A DNA stretch of 63,108 bases, filler included, from Reclinomonas americana ATCC 50394 (lineage: Eukaryota): assembly GCA_048213135.1 (NCBI GenBank). It is 19 parts of 19 records of this genome, joined end to end, with 100 filler letters (N's around TTAATTAATTAA, not from the genome) between each part and the next. Parts side by side here need not be neighbours in the genome. Positions count along the whole stretch, not along the records: positions 18,592 to 22,076 come from AFZH01020113.1; positions 22,177 to 23,521 come from AFZH01020114.1; positions 23,622 to 24,650 come from AFZH01020115.1; positions 24,751 to 25,921 come from AFZH01020116.1; positions 26,022 to 28,930 come from AFZH01020117.1; positions 29,031 to 31,322 come from AFZH01020119.1; positions 31,423 to 33,324 come from AFZH01020120.1; 12 more parts are not named here. One strand, 5' to 3'. Of the stretch, positions 21,492 through 32,320 are shown piece after piece. Numbering within the stretch: position 1 is the stretch's first letter; the number at the start of each line of letters is the position of its first letter. The notes beneath the pieces are model-generated. The model was not told where the DNA came from and made no database searches. It was given only the letters and a program-made list of their open reading frames with translations. Made by a program: the position numbers and the translations under genes.

Positions 21492-21896
21492 ATGATTGCA
21501 AGCGGCCGATATCGCGCGGGGCTGGTGGTGGCGTTCACGTTGCCGCTACTGCTGTCGCTGCCGGCCTTCGCCGCCGAGCTCGTGATGTACACGCGCAATG
21601 GCTGCCCCTTCTGCGTCCGCTTCGAGCGCGAGGTCGCGCCGGTCTACGCGAAAACGCCGGAGGGCAAGGCCGCGCCGCTTCGGCGGATCGAGCTGCCGGC
21701 CGGCGGCGTCCGCAGCGAAGGCCTGCTGGAGCCCGTTACCGCGACGCCCACCTTCGTGCTGATGGACAACGACAAGGAAGTCGGCCGCATCACCGGCTAT
21801 CTCAACGACGACATGTTCTGGGGTTTGCTCGGACGGCTGGTTGCTGTCATTGAGTCACCCGACCAGGTTCAACGATCAGGCACACGGACCCAATGA
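21492..21896 (+). CDS. soxS: SoxS-like periplasmic thioredoxin
   Basis: AELVMYTRNGCPFCVRFEREVAPVYAKTPEGKAAPLRR..TPTFVL..EVGRITGY..FWGLL. Confidence 0.85.
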   Translation: MIASGRYRAGLVVAFTLPLLLSLPAFAAELVMYTRNGCPFCVRFEREVAPVYAKTPEGKAAPLRRIELPAGGVRSEGLLEPVTATPTFVLMDNDKEVGRITGYLNDDMFWGLLGRLVAVIESPDQVQRSGTRTQ

Positions 21897-22076
21897 CCGC
21901 GATCGTCTCGAAAGCGCTTGAAACCGAACTGCGCGACGGCGCCGAGTTCTCGCCCGAGCTCGACCAGCTGATGCGCAAGGCCCGCAAGGCCAGCGATTTC
22001 CTCAAAGCCCTCTCGCATGAGAACCGGCTGCTGCTGCTCTGCCTGCTGGCCGAGCGGGAGCGCACCGTCACCGAGC
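21893..22076 (+). CDS. soxR: ArsR/SmtB-family regulator (SoxR/BigR-like), N-terminal part
   Basis: KASDFLKALSHENRLLLLCLLAERERTVTE; ATGA overlap with soxS. Confidence 0.8.
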
Positions 22077-22176
22077 NNNNNNNNNNNNNNNNNNNNNNNN
22101 NNNNNNNNNNNNNNNNNNNNTTAATTAATTAANNNNNNNNNNNNNNNNNNNNNNNNNNNNNNNNNNNNNNNNNNNN

Positions 22177-23366
22177 GCAAGCCGCGCGTCGTGGTGATCG
22201 GCGGCGGAGCCGGCGGCGCGACCGCGGCGCGGTACATCGCCAAGGATTCGAACGGTGCCATCGCTGTGACGCTGGTCGAGGAGAACGAGGTCTACCAGAC
22301 CTGCTTCCACTCCAACCTCTTCATCGGCGGCTTCAAGAGCTATGACGAGATCAGCCATCGCTACGACGCGCTGGCGAAGAACCATGGCATCACGCTCGCC
22401 CGCGCCCGCGCCACGCAGATCGATCGCGACAAGAAGGAGGTCGTGCTCTCGACCGGCGATCGCCTGCCTTATGACCGCCTTGTGGTCTCGCCCGGGATCG
22501 ACCTGAAATACGATTCCGTCCCCGGCTGGTCGAAGGAATCAGAGGAGGCGATGCCGCATGGCTGGAAGCCGGGCCGGCAGACGCAATTGATCAGGCAGAA
22601 GCTCGAGGCGGTGCCAAATGGCGGCACGATCGTGATGATCGCCCCGCCCAATCCTTATCGCTGCCCGCCCGGCCCCTATGAGCGCGCCTCGATGTTCGCC
22701 CATGTGCTCAAGGCGAGTGGCAAGCGCGACTGCAAGATCTTCATCCTCGACCCGAAGGACAGTTTCTCGAAGCAGGGCGTCTTCCAGGAAGGCTGGGAGA
22801 AGCATTATGGTGCGATGATCGAATGGCTCGGGCCGAAGGTGCATGACGGCATCAAATCGGTCGATCCCAAGACCAACACCGTCGTCACCGGCTTCGAGAC
22901 CTATAAGGACTGCGCCTTCGTCAACGTCGTCCCGGCGCAGATGGCCGGCGAGATCGCCCGCTCCGCCGGACTGGCGCCGGCCGGCGGCTACTGCACGATC
23001 GACCCCGCCTCGATGAAGTCGGCCGCCGATCCCAACATCTTCGTGCTCGGCGATGCCTGCATCGCCGGCGACATGCCGAAGTCCGCCTTCGCTGCCAACA
23101 GTCAGGCCAAGGTCGCAGCGATGGTGATCCGCGGCGAGCTCGCCGGCGCCCGCACCTTCCCGGCGCGCTACATCAACACCTGCTGGTCGCTGATCGAGAC
23201 CGACGACACCATCAAGGTCGGCGGCCGCTACGAGCCCAAGGACGGTAAGATCGCGGCAAGCGAAACCTTCGTCTCCCAGCCGCGCGAGAGCGCCGAATTG
23301 CGCAAGGAGAACCAGGCCGAGAACATCGGCTGGTATGCGGCGATCTCCGCCGACATGTTCAGCTGA
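22177..23366 (+). CDS. soxF: Flavocytochrome c sulfide dehydrogenase flavoprotein (SoxF/FccB), N-terminus missing
   Basis: VVVIGGGAGGATAARY, PPNPYRCPPGPYERAS, MPKSAFAANSQAK, NTCWSLI. Confidence 0.9.
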
Positions 23367-23431
23367 AGCCCGCTCACCGCGCCGTCGCCTCGCGTGGCGG
23401 TGCCAACCCTCCACAGATCAAGGTCTCATAT

Positions 23432-23521
23432 ATGAAACTGCCTGTCGTCGCTGCTGCCTTCGCCGCCGCCTTCCTCACGACCAGCGCCCGGGCGCAGGAC
23501 ATCTCGGCCGGCGAGCGCTCA
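23432..23521 (+). CDS. Probable class I cytochrome c, signal peptide and first residues only
   Basis: MKLPVVAAAFAAAFLTTSARAQDISAGERS resembles cytochrome c2 N-termini; the CxxCH motif would fall in the gap. Confidence 0.55.
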
Positions 23522-23621
23522 NNNNNNNNNNNNNNNNNNNNNNNNNNNNNNNNNNNNNNNNNNNNTTAATTAATTAANNNNNNNNNNNNNNNNNNNNNNN
23601 NNNNNNNNNNNNNNNNNNNNN

Positions 23622-24206
23622 GTTGGTGTTGATGCCGATGCTCTGCGCCATCTCGCGATCGGCGACGACGGCGGTGACGAGCCGGCCGATCCGGGTCCTG
23701 GTCAGCAGGATGCGCAGTCGGAGGACGACGATGACGGCCAGCGCGATCAGCAGGAGCTGGTAGTTGAGGTAGACGACGCCGCCGATCTGCGTCGAGCCGA
23801 GCAATTGCATCGGCGTGTCCTCGGCGAGCGAGCGCACGCCGAAGACGATGCGCTGCAGGTCTTCCAGGATCAGGAACAGGCCGAAGGTGACGAGGATCTG
23901 GATCGCTTCCGACTTGCCATAGGTCCAGCGCATCAGGCAGCGCTCGACCAGCGGGCCGAACAGAACCGCGACGATGGCGGCGCTGAACACCAGGGCCGGG
24001 AAGGAGAGCCAGGGGTTCAGGCTCGCACTGGCGATCCACAGGCCGATCGAGGCGGCGACATAGGCGCCGATCGCATAGAAGCTGCCATGCGCGACATTGA
24101 GCACGCGCAGCACGCTGAAGACGAGCGTCAGCCCGACGGCGACGAAGAAGATCAGCGCCGCGCTGGCCAGGCCGTCTACGGCGAGCGGAATCAGGGTGTC
24201 GAGCAT
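23622..24206 (-). CDS. Branched-chain amino acid-type ABC permease (LivH family), partial
   Basis: AVGLTLVFSVLRVLNVAHGSFYAIGAY..RTRIGR..DREMAQSIGIN. Confidence 0.9.
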
Positions 24207-24234
24207 GGGCGGCACCTGGAATTGATGACTGCGG

Positions 24235-24269
24235 AAAAGAGGCGGGAGGGCCGAAAGGCTCCTCCCGCC
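24235..24269 (-). terminator. Stem-loop after the binding-protein gene (terminator or mRNA stabiliser)
   Basis: GGCGGGAGG..GCC-GAAA-GGC..CCTCCCGCC, followed on the minus strand by TCTTTT. Confidence 0.65.
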
Positions 24270-24276
24270 GGCGCGC

Positions 24277-24650
24277 CTACTGGTAGCTGCCGGGCTTAGG
24301 CTGGGCGGCGAGGAAGGCTGGGCTCAGCGTTCCCACCCATTTGATCGCGTCTTCGCCCTGGGGCGGCATCAGCGTGTCGCCCTTGTAGCGGACCATGCCG
24401 CCGATCACGGGGAACTTGTAGTCTGGCGACTTGGCGGTGACGCCGACGACCTGGTCGACGAGGCCGTCATTGTCCTTGCGAGTCACGGTGGTGCCGGTCA
24501 GGGTCTTTACCGTGCTGCCGCGCATGGCGTCGGCGAGCTCGTCGCGGCTCGGCCACTTGCCGTCGCTCTTCTTCAGCGCGGCCTCATAGGCGGCCTTCAT
24601 GTAGATGATCGCGTTGGCCATCTTGATCGCGGGGAAGACCGGGTATTCGC
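24277..24650 (-). CDS. ABC transporter substrate-binding protein, C-terminal part
   Basis: Lys-rich periplasmic-type ORF directly upstream of the LivH-type permease. Confidence 0.75.
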
Positions 24651-24750
24651 NNNNNNNNNNNNNNNNNNNNNNNNNNNNNNNNNNNNNNNNNNNNTTAATT
24701 AATTAANNNNNNNNNNNNNNNNNNNNNNNNNNNNNNNNNNNNNNNNNNNN

Positions 24751-25253
24751 CCGCCGCCCGGCTGACCACCGACCCGGTGATCGAGGATGTCGGCGCCAAC
24801 AGCAGCGGCGAGGTCGAGGCCGTGCTGTTCGCCTGCGGCGGCAAGACCTATGTCGGCGTCGGCTCCGACCATACCGACCGCCAGGTCGAGACCTATGGCA
24901 TCAGCGTCTCCAAGCAGGTCTGCGACAAGCCGGTCGCCGCGGCCGTCTGGCCCTATGAGGAGGTCGCCGGCCATTGGGACGAGCTGATCCTGCGCAGCTT
25001 CGCGGTGATCGACGGCGAGCGTCGGCTCTATCAGGAGGGCCCGATCTCGGGCCTGCTCGCGCCGGCGGATCTGATCCGCGGCTTCAACGGCAAGGCCACG
25101 CTGCCGGAGGGAACGGCGATCTTCGGCGGCACCATGCCGGCGATCGGCGGCATCCAGATGGCCAAGCGGTTTGAAGGCGAGCTGGAGGACCCGGTCCTGC
25201 GCCGCAGTATCCGCTTCGGCTACGACCTCAAGATTCTGCCGATCCGGGGTTGA
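24751..25253 (+). CDS. DUF2848 family protein, partial
   Basis: SSGEVE..VGVGSDHTDRQVETYGISVSKQVCDKP..HWDELILRS..YQEG..GGTMPAIGG. Confidence 0.85.
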
Positions 25254-25275
25254 CGCCGCTGTCTCCGGAAGGACG

Positions 25276-25921
25276 ATGGCGGCAACCTCAAACCACGCGG
25301 TGCGACGTAACGTGACGCTTCTGGAAACGCCCAAGGACGCGCAGCGCCATGTCTCGCTGCGCGACCAGGCCTACACTGCGATCAAGCGCCTGATCATCAC
25401 CACCGGGCTGCGGCCGGGCGAGATCCTGAGCGAGCCGGCGCTGAGCACGCAGCTCGACATCGGCCGTACGCCGATCCGCCAGGCGATCGACCGCCTGCTC
25501 AATGACGGGCTGGTCGAGGTGATGCCGCGCAAGGGCACGATCGTGAAGCCGGTGAGCCTGGACGAGATCCTCAACATCATCGATGCGCGCATCGTCAACG
25601 AGACCTTCTGCGTGCGCGTCGCCGCCGAACGGGCGAGCCCGGAGGTGCCGGCTCAGCTTCGGCGCAATCTCGAGGCGATGCGGAAGGCGGCGCAGGCGCG
25701 CGAGATCGAGACGATCGCCGATCTCGACCAGGAGTTCCACGCGCTCATCGCCGGCTCGGCGCGCAACCCGGTGATGAGCGATTTGCTGCGGAACCTGCAC
25801 GAGCGCTCGGCACGGATGTGGTTCATCTCGCTCAGCACCAACGAGCAGCATACGCGCATCTGCGACGAGCACGCCGCGATCGTCGACGGTATCGCCCGGC
25901 ACGACCCGGACGCGGCCGAGC
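25276..25921 (+). CDS. GntR-family regulator (FCD domain), partial
   Basis: SLRDQAYTAIKRLII..LRPGEILSE..IGRTPIRQAI..DQEFH..EHAAIV. Confidence 0.9.
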
Positions 25922-26021
25922 NNNNNNNNNNNNNNNNNNNNNNNNNNNNNNNNNNNNNNNNNNNNTTAATTAATTAANNNNNNNNNNNNNNNNNNNNNNN
26001 NNNNNNNNNNNNNNNNNNNNN

Positions 26022-26723
26022 GATGCCGACGAGGAAGAAGGCGGGCCAGCGCAGCCAGCGGATCAGCACCTCCAGCTCATGGCCGAAAGGGAAGAGCGCG
26101 GTGACCACGGGCAGGCTCGCGATCAAGACGAGCGCCAGGATGAGCACGATGAGGGCGCTCAGCGTCGTGCCGAGCGAGACAAGATTCAGGCGGATGAAGC
26201 CGCGGCGCTCGCGCACGCCGTAGATGATGTTGAGGGCGTCGAAGATGGCCTTCATCGCGGCATTGGCGCTCCAGACCGCGACGAGGACGCTGACCAGGAA
26301 GGTCAGGGAGAGACTGGTGGTGCCCTGGCTCGACAACCTGACCGCCTGCTCGCGGATCAGTTCGCGCGCCGCCAGCGGAAAGACGGTAGTGACGTCGTCG
26401 AGCTGTCCAACGATCGTCGCGGGGTCGGTCAGCATGCCGTAGAGTGTCACCAGCAGCGACAGGGCCGGCACCAGCGAGAGCAGGGTGAAGAAGGCGACGG
26501 CGCCGGCGAGCGAGAGCACCCGTGCTTCCTGGATGCGGGCGCTGAAGCGGAGCAGCACGTCCTTCCAGCCGCGCCAGGGCAGGGCGATCGGGCTCCTGGC
26601 ACCGCGACCGCGCCTTGCCTGCCGGATTGGCTCGCCGATCCGGCGCGAAACCAGGCCATGCACATAGCCTGCGACCACAGCCGCTAGACCGGCAGCGCCC
26701 GTCAATCGCTTGAAATAGGCCAT
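26022..26723 (-). CDS. YihY/virulence factor BrkB family membrane protein, partial
   Basis: WRGWKDVL..AGAVAFFTLLSLVP..WSANAAMKAIFDALNIIY..ERRGF..LRWP. Confidence 0.9.
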
Positions 26724-26934
26724 GCGTGCTCCGGTCCAAGGGCTGCCGATCCTAGACAGCTCCATCGCGCTGGCAACGTTGCGGCAGGCGTTTTCGTTCC
26801 GGCGGACGGAGAGTCGGCGGGCTCGCTTAGCGGTTCATTAACCTTAACATTTTCATAATCGCACTCCTGACGCCATCGCGGCGCCTGCCGGATCGCCCGG
26901 CCGGATACAGCTGTCGTACGAGCCCGAGATTTCG

Positions 26935-27645
26935 ATGAAGACCCTTCTGAAAGCCGCAGTCGCCGCCATCGCCCTGCTGAGTGCCGGAGCCTCGCTGGCA
27001 GCCGATCTGCGCGGCAGGGGCGTCCTGCCGCCGGCGCCGGAACTGCCGAGCTTCTACAACTGGAGCGGCGTCTATCTCGGTGGCCAGGTCGGCTATTCCT
27101 GGGGCTCCGACCGGGCCAGCGAATTCGCGACTGCCGGCCGCGTGCCGCTCGCCCGCTCCTTCGACTACAGCCCGTCCTCCTTCGTCGGCGGCGCCCGCCT
27201 CGGCTTCAACTACCAGTTCGGCGCGATCGTCGTCGGCGTCGAGGGCGACATCGAGGGCATGAATGCCGCTGAAGGGAAGGGCGATCTCGGCGGCACGGTC
27301 CGCGTCCGGCAGGACTGGCAGGGCTCGGTGCGCGCCCGCCTCGGCTACAGCCTCGACCGGATCATGATCTACGCCACCGGCGGCGTCGCCTTCACCAAGC
27401 GCGAATACGCCTATGTCAGCCCGCTCGCCGGCTTGACCGAGCTGAGCAATACCTCGAGGACCGGCTGGACAGTCGGCGGCGGCGTCGACTACGCCCTGAC
27501 CGACAATGTGATCCTCGGCCTCGACTATCGCTATACCGATTATGGCCGCTTCGACCATCTCGGCGCAGGCGCCTATCTCGGTCGCACGGTCGAGCACGAG
27601 CCCTCGGCGCATGCAGTCCGCGCCAGCCTCGCCTACAAGTTCTGA
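26935..27645 (+). CDS. Outer-membrane beta-barrel protein (Omp25/RopB family)
   Basis: Signal peptide-AADL, YNWSGVYLGGQVGY, GSVRARLGY, GWTVGGGVDY, terminal YKF. Confidence 0.93.
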   Translation: MKTLLKAAVAAIALLSAGASLAADLRGRGVLPPAPELPSFYNWSGVYLGGQVGYSWGSDRASEFATAGRVPLARSFDYSPSSFVGGARLGFNYQFGAIVVGVEGDIEGMNAAEGKGDLGGTVRVRQDWQGSVRARLGYSLDRIMIYATGGVAFTKREYAYVSPLAGLTELSNTSRTGWTVGGGVDYALTDNVILGLDYRYTDYGRFDHLGAGAYLGRTVEHEPSAHAVRASLAYKF

Positions 27646-27658
27646 GAGATCAGACGCC

Positions 27659-28483
27659 TCAGCCCGCCCGGCGGAACATGCCGGGCGTGATGCCGTGCAC
27701 GGCGCGGAAGCTGCGTGAGAGATGGCTCTGGTCGGAAAAACCGGCGGCGAAGGCGGCATCCGCCAGGCTGGCGCCGTCCTGGATCAGACGGTTGGCGCGG
27801 CGCAGGCGCCGGTCGCGGATGAAGATGGCCGGCGTCGAGCCGGTGAGCTTCTTGAAGTCGCGGATGACCTGGAAGCGGGTGACGCCGGCAGCCGCAGCGA
27901 GCGCCTGCAGGTCGAGTTCCTCGGTGAGATTGTCCTCGATCAGCTGCTCGTAGCGCGCGAAGCGACGTTGCGCGCCTGAGCGATCGAGCGGTTCGGCCGG
28001 GCGGTCGGTGTCGCCATGCCGGAGGATCAGGTGGCGCAGCGCGCTCAGCAGCGAAGCTTCGGCGCGCGTCGCATCCGCCGAGGTCGATTCCATGTGGGCG
28101 TCGGCGAGCAGGCGAGAGAGTTCGGGGTCGTCGAGCAGCGTCTGCGGGAACAGCGGCGGTTGTCTCTGTCCGAGCTCGGCAGCGACTTCCGAGAGCAGGG
28201 CCACGGACGGATAGAAGGTGCGGTAGGCCCAGCCCTGCTCGGCCCCGGCCTCGCCATCATGCCATTCCTCGGGATTGACGACGAGCACCGAGCCGGCGGG
28301 CGCCAGCACCTCCTGCCTGCCGACGCGGACGCGCTCGCAGCCCTCGGTGATCAGCGCGATGACATAGCTTTCATGGGTGTGGCGGTCATAGCGGTGCTCG
28401 CGGAAGCGCGCCGAAAGCAGGCCGAGCTCGCGGAAGGCGGCGTGGCGCCAGAACGCCTGACTCTCCTGTCGTGGCTCGCTCAT
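27659..28483 (-). CDS. AraC-family regulator
   Basis: Cupin YDRHTHESY..PEEWHDG plus HTH AGFSDQSHLSRSF..GITPG. Confidence 0.95.
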   Translation of the reverse strand: MSEPRQESQAFWRHAAFRELGLLSARFREHRYDRHTHESYVIALITEGCERVRVGRQEVLAPAGSVLVVNPEEWHDGEAGAEQGWAYRTFYPSVALLSEVAAELGQRQPPLFPQTLLDDPELSRLLADAHMESTSADATRAEASLLSALRHLILRHGDTDRPAEPLDRSGAQRRFARYEQLIEDNLTEELDLQALAAAAGVTRFQVIRDFKKLTGSTPAIFIRDRRLRRANRLIQDGASLADAAFAAGFSDQSHLSRSFRAVHGITPGMFRRAG

Positions 28484-28559
28484 CGGTCCAATGGGTCAAT
28501 CTGGTTCAAGACGCTGCCCGGCCCGCTCTCCTATTCCTGGGTACGGATAGGAGAGAACC

Positions 28560-28930
28560 ATGCTGCACAATGACCCGATCGCCGCGCTGACGCCAGAGGT
28601 CGTCGCCTGGCGCCATCACATCCACGCCAATCCCGAGCTAGGCTTCAGGGAAGTCGAGACCGCCCGCTTCGTCGCCGAGAAGCTGCGCTCTTTCGGCTTG
28701 GAGGTACAGGAAGGCATCGGCGGTACTGGCGTCGTCGGAACACTGCGCGCCGGCTCGGGCAAGCGCGCCATCGGCCTGCGCGCCGAGCTCGACGCTCTGC
28801 CGGTGATCGAGCGCACCGGCCTGCCCTACGCCTCGAAGACGGAGGGCGTGATGCATGCCTGCGGCCATGACGGCCACAGCGCCATGCTGCTCGGGGCGGC
28901 CAAGCTGCTCAGCGAGGCCCCGGATTTCGA
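28560..28930 (+). CDS. M20D amidohydrolase (hippurate hydrolase-like), partial
   Basis: HIHANPELGF..GLRAELDALP..MHACGHDGH. Confidence 0.93.
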
Positions 28931-29030
28931 NNNNNNNNNNNNNNNNNNNNNNNNNNNNNNNNNNNNNNNNNNNNTTAATTAATTAANNNNNNNNNNNNNN
29001 NNNNNNNNNNNNNNNNNNNNNNNNNNNNNN

Positions 29031-30206
29031 GGCATCGCGCCCGGGAAAGGGCGAGCCGTCGAGCGCCAGCACCGGGAATGACAGCACGCCGGCGAGCGTC
29101 ACCGCGCCACGCACGCCCGCAACCGAGCCGGCCAGCCGGGTGCGCAGCGTGGTGTGAAACTGCTCCAGGCGAAGGCGCCGGCTGACGACGCGGCTCAGCG
29201 CGATGGCGACGGTGATCCAGACAAAGCGCAGCAGGATCAGGCAGAGTGTCAGTGCGACGATGATGCCGAGCGGCTGCCAAAGCCAATGCGTGTCGATCAG
29301 TGCCGGCGGGACCGTGCGGATGATCGCCGGCAATTGCAGGCCGAGGAGGACGAAGAGCGTGCCGTTCAGGAGGAAGGCCAGCATCGTCCAGAACGAATGG
29401 GCGAGCATATAGGCGGAAACGCTGAGCTGGTTGGCCGTGCGCGTGCGCCCGACGGTGAGTCCGGCAACGACGGCGGCGAGCACGCCTGAAGCATGGACGG
29501 CCTCCGCCGCGAGGAAGGCTGCGAAGGGCAGGAACATGATGACCAGCACCTGCGCTTCCGGCGCGATCCGGTCGAATTTCGCCAGCAGCTTCAACGTCCA
29601 GGAGACGACGACGACCGCGAGCAGGCCGGCGGCGATGCCGCCAGCCACAGCGAGGAGGAAGGCGAGCGAGGCCTGCCAGAGCGAGAAGCTGCCGGTCAGG
29701 GCCGCGGCGGTCGCGAAGCGGAAGATCACCAGACCCGACGCGTCGTTGAGCAGCGATTCCCCTTCGAGAATGTGCATCAGGTTCTTCGGCACGGTCTCCT
29801 TGTCGACGATGGCGGAGACTGCGACCGCATCTGTCGGCGAGAGCACGGCGGCGAGCGCGAAAGCGACTGGCAACGGCATGGACGGCACCAGCCAATGCAA
29901 GGCAAGGCCGCCGAACAATGTGGTGAAGAACACCAGGCCGAAGGCGAGCGACAGGATCGGCCGCAGCAGCTTGCGATATTCGCGCTTCGGCGCCTCCCAG
30001 GCATCGGCGAAGAGCAGCGGGGCGATGAAGAGCAGAAGGAAGAGCTCTGGATCGATCCTAGGATGGAAGCCGGCTGTCGGCCACGCAAGCGCTGCGCCGA
30101 GGCCGATCTGGATGATCGGCAGCGGGACGATCCTGAACAGCCGGGTCAGCGGCTGCGAAGCCACCACGGCCATCACCAGGATCAGGATGAAGGTGAAAGT
30201 CTGCAT
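29031..30206 (-). CDS. Na+/H+ antiporter (CPA1, YjcE/NhaK-like), partial
   Basis: LSPTDAVAV..LEGESLLNDASGLV..AGVRGAVTLA. Confidence 0.93.
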
Positions 30207-30304
30207 GAATTGCGCGGCCGGCCGAGTTCGCTCTGGGATCGGCCGCGAGGTTTAGCCATTGGCTCCCGGCGAGCCAAGTTCGCCGGACGCGATCCAGAGT
30301 GATC

Positions 30305-31237
30305 TCAGAACGCGACCTTGTCGGCGCCCTTGAGCTGGAGCTGTTCGCGGGCGTCGTCCGGGGTCGCGATCTCGAGGCCGAGGCCCTCGATGATCTTGCG
30401 GGCGGCGCGGACCTGGTCGGCGTTCGACCTGGCGAGCTGGCCGGGGCCGAGCCAGAGCGAATCCTCGAGGCCGACGCGCAGGTTTCCGCCCATCGCGACC
30501 GCCATCGCCGCGATCGGGAGCTGGTGGCGGCCGGCGCCGAGCACCGACCAGTGATAGTCGTCGCCGAAGAGCCGGTCGGCGGTGCGCTTCATGTGGGCGA
30601 CGTCTTCGGGATGCGGGCCGATGCCGCCGAGCAGGCCGAAGACCGACTGGACAAAGAATGGCGGTTTCACCAGTCCGCGATCGACGAAATGCGCCAGCGT
30701 GTAGAGATGGCCGATGTCGTAGCACTCGATCTCGAAGCGCGTGCCGTTCTCGGCGCAGGTCGTCAGGATGTTGGCGATGTCCTTGAAGGTGTTCTTGAAG
30801 ACGCGGTCGTCAGAGCCTTCGAGATAGGGTCGCTCCCAGTCGTGCTTGAACTCCTTGAAACGGTTCAGCATCGGGTAGAGCCCGAAATTCATCGAGCCCA
30901 TGTTGAGCGAGGCGACCTCGGGCTTGAAATGGGCGCAAGGCTTGAGCCGCTCCTCGACCAGCATGGTCGGGGCGCCGCCGGTGGTGATGTTGATCACGCA
31001 GTTCGAGCGCTGCTTGATCACCTTCAGGAAGGGCTCAAAGGCCTCCGGCGACTGGTCGGGCTGGCCGGTCTTGGGATTGCGGGCATGGACATGGACCAGA
31101 GCCGCGCCGGCCTCGGCCGCGCCGACGGCGGCATCGATGATCTCGTCCGGCGTCACCGGCAGATAGGGCGACATCGAGGGCGTATGGATCGCGCCGGTCA
31201 CGGCGCAGGTGATGATGACTTTGCGGTTCTTGGCCAT
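30305..31237 (-). CDS. Beta-keto acid cleavage enzyme (3-keto-5-aminohexanoate cleavage / DUF849 family)
   Basis: KVIITCAVTGAIHTP..HVHAR..ASLNMGSMNF..RVGLEDSL. Confidence 0.93.
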   Translation of the reverse strand: MAKNRKVIITCAVTGAIHTPSMSPYLPVTPDEIIDAAVGAAEAGAALVHVHARNPKTGQPDQSPEAFEPFLKVIKQRSNCVINITTGGAPTMLVEERLKPCAHFKPEVASLNMGSMNFGLYPMLNRFKEFKHDWERPYLEGSDDRVFKNTFKDIANILTTCAENGTRFEIECYDIGHLYTLAHFVDRGLVKPPFFVQSVFGLLGGIGPHPEDVAHMKRTADRLFGDDYHWSVLGAGRHQLPIAAMAVAMGGNLRVGLEDSLWLGPGQLARSNADQVRAARKIIEGLGLEIATPDDAREQLQLKGADKVAF

Positions 31238-31277
31238 GGTCAGAGCTCCGGCTGTTCGACTGCTGAAGGGATAGCCC

Positions 31278-31313
31278 CTGCTGTACGGCCAAGGCGGATG
31301 TACGGTACAGCAG
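31278..31313. other. Untrimmed SOLiD/Ion Torrent mate-pair internal adaptor
   Basis: CTGCTGTACGGCCAAGGCGGATGTACGGTACAGCAG, 36 bp with inverted CAGCAG (EcoP15I) ends, at a contig end. Confidence 0.92.
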
Positions 31314-31422
31314 AGGGCGTTGNNNNNNNNNNNNNNNNNNNNNNNNNNNNNNNNNNNNNNNNNNNNTTAATTAATTAANNNNNNNNNNNNNNNNNNNNNN
31401 NNNNNNNNNNNNNNNNNNNNNN

Positions 31423-32212
31423 CCACCTCTTCCACGGCAAGCCGCGCGCGGTGCCTGCGAAGGGCGATGCGATGCGCGGCAGCTATCTCGGGCCGGAGTT
31501 CAGCCAGGCCGAGATCGAGGCCGAGCTGACGGCGGCGGGAGCGAGGTTCGAGGTTCTCGACGATGCGGCGCTGATCGATCTGACCGCCCAGGGCCTCGCT
31601 GACGGCAAGGCGGTCGGCTGGATGCAGGGGCGGATGGAGTTCGGCCCGCGTGCCTTGGGTGGCCGCTCGATCCTCGGCGATCCGCGCTCCCCGGCGATGC
31701 AGAAGACGCTCAATCTCAAGGTGAAATACCGCGAGAGCTTCCGGCCGTTCGCACCCTCGGTGCTGCGCGAGGACGTCGCCGACTGGTTCGAGCTCGACGG
31801 CGATTCCCCTTACATGCTGCTCGTCGCCGATGTCCGCGAGGAACTGCGCCGCGAAATGACGGCGGAGGAGAAGGCGCTGTTCGGCATCGACAAGCTGAAC
31901 GTGCCGCGCTCGACGATTCCCGCCGTCACCCATGTCGACTATTCCGCCCGCATCCAGACGGTGCATGCCGACACGAACCCGCGCTATCACCGGTTGATCT
32001 GCCGCTTCAAGGCGCTGACCGGCTGTCCGGTCGTGGTCAACACCTCCTTCAACGTCCGCGGCGAGCCGATCGTCTGCACGGCGAGCGACGCCTTCCGCTG
32101 CTTCATGGGCTCGGAGATCGAACTGCTCGTCGTCGGCAACTGCCTGCTGCGCAAGGAGGAGCAGGACCCGGCGCTGAAGCTCAACTACAAGGACGCGTTC
32201 GAGCTCGATTGA
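31423..32212 (+). CDS. O-carbamoyltransferase (NodU/CmcH family), C-terminal part
   Basis: GWMQGRMEFGPRALGGRSIL..VKYRESFRPFAP..AVTHVDYSARIQTV..NTSFNVRGEPIV. Confidence 0.95.
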
Positions 32213-32320
32213 CGGGGAAGACGGGGACAGATCCGCAATCAATCCCCGCTGCTTCCGGTGCCCGCATAATCGGCTGGCATGGCGTGCTTTCCGCGCGCCG
32301 GTCCGATCCTGCGAGGTCCC

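Noticed and set aside
31423..32212. Saxitoxin or Nod-factor gene cluster
   Set aside because: No sxtA/sxtG or nodABC-type genes are visible; the context is polysaccharide biosynthesis.
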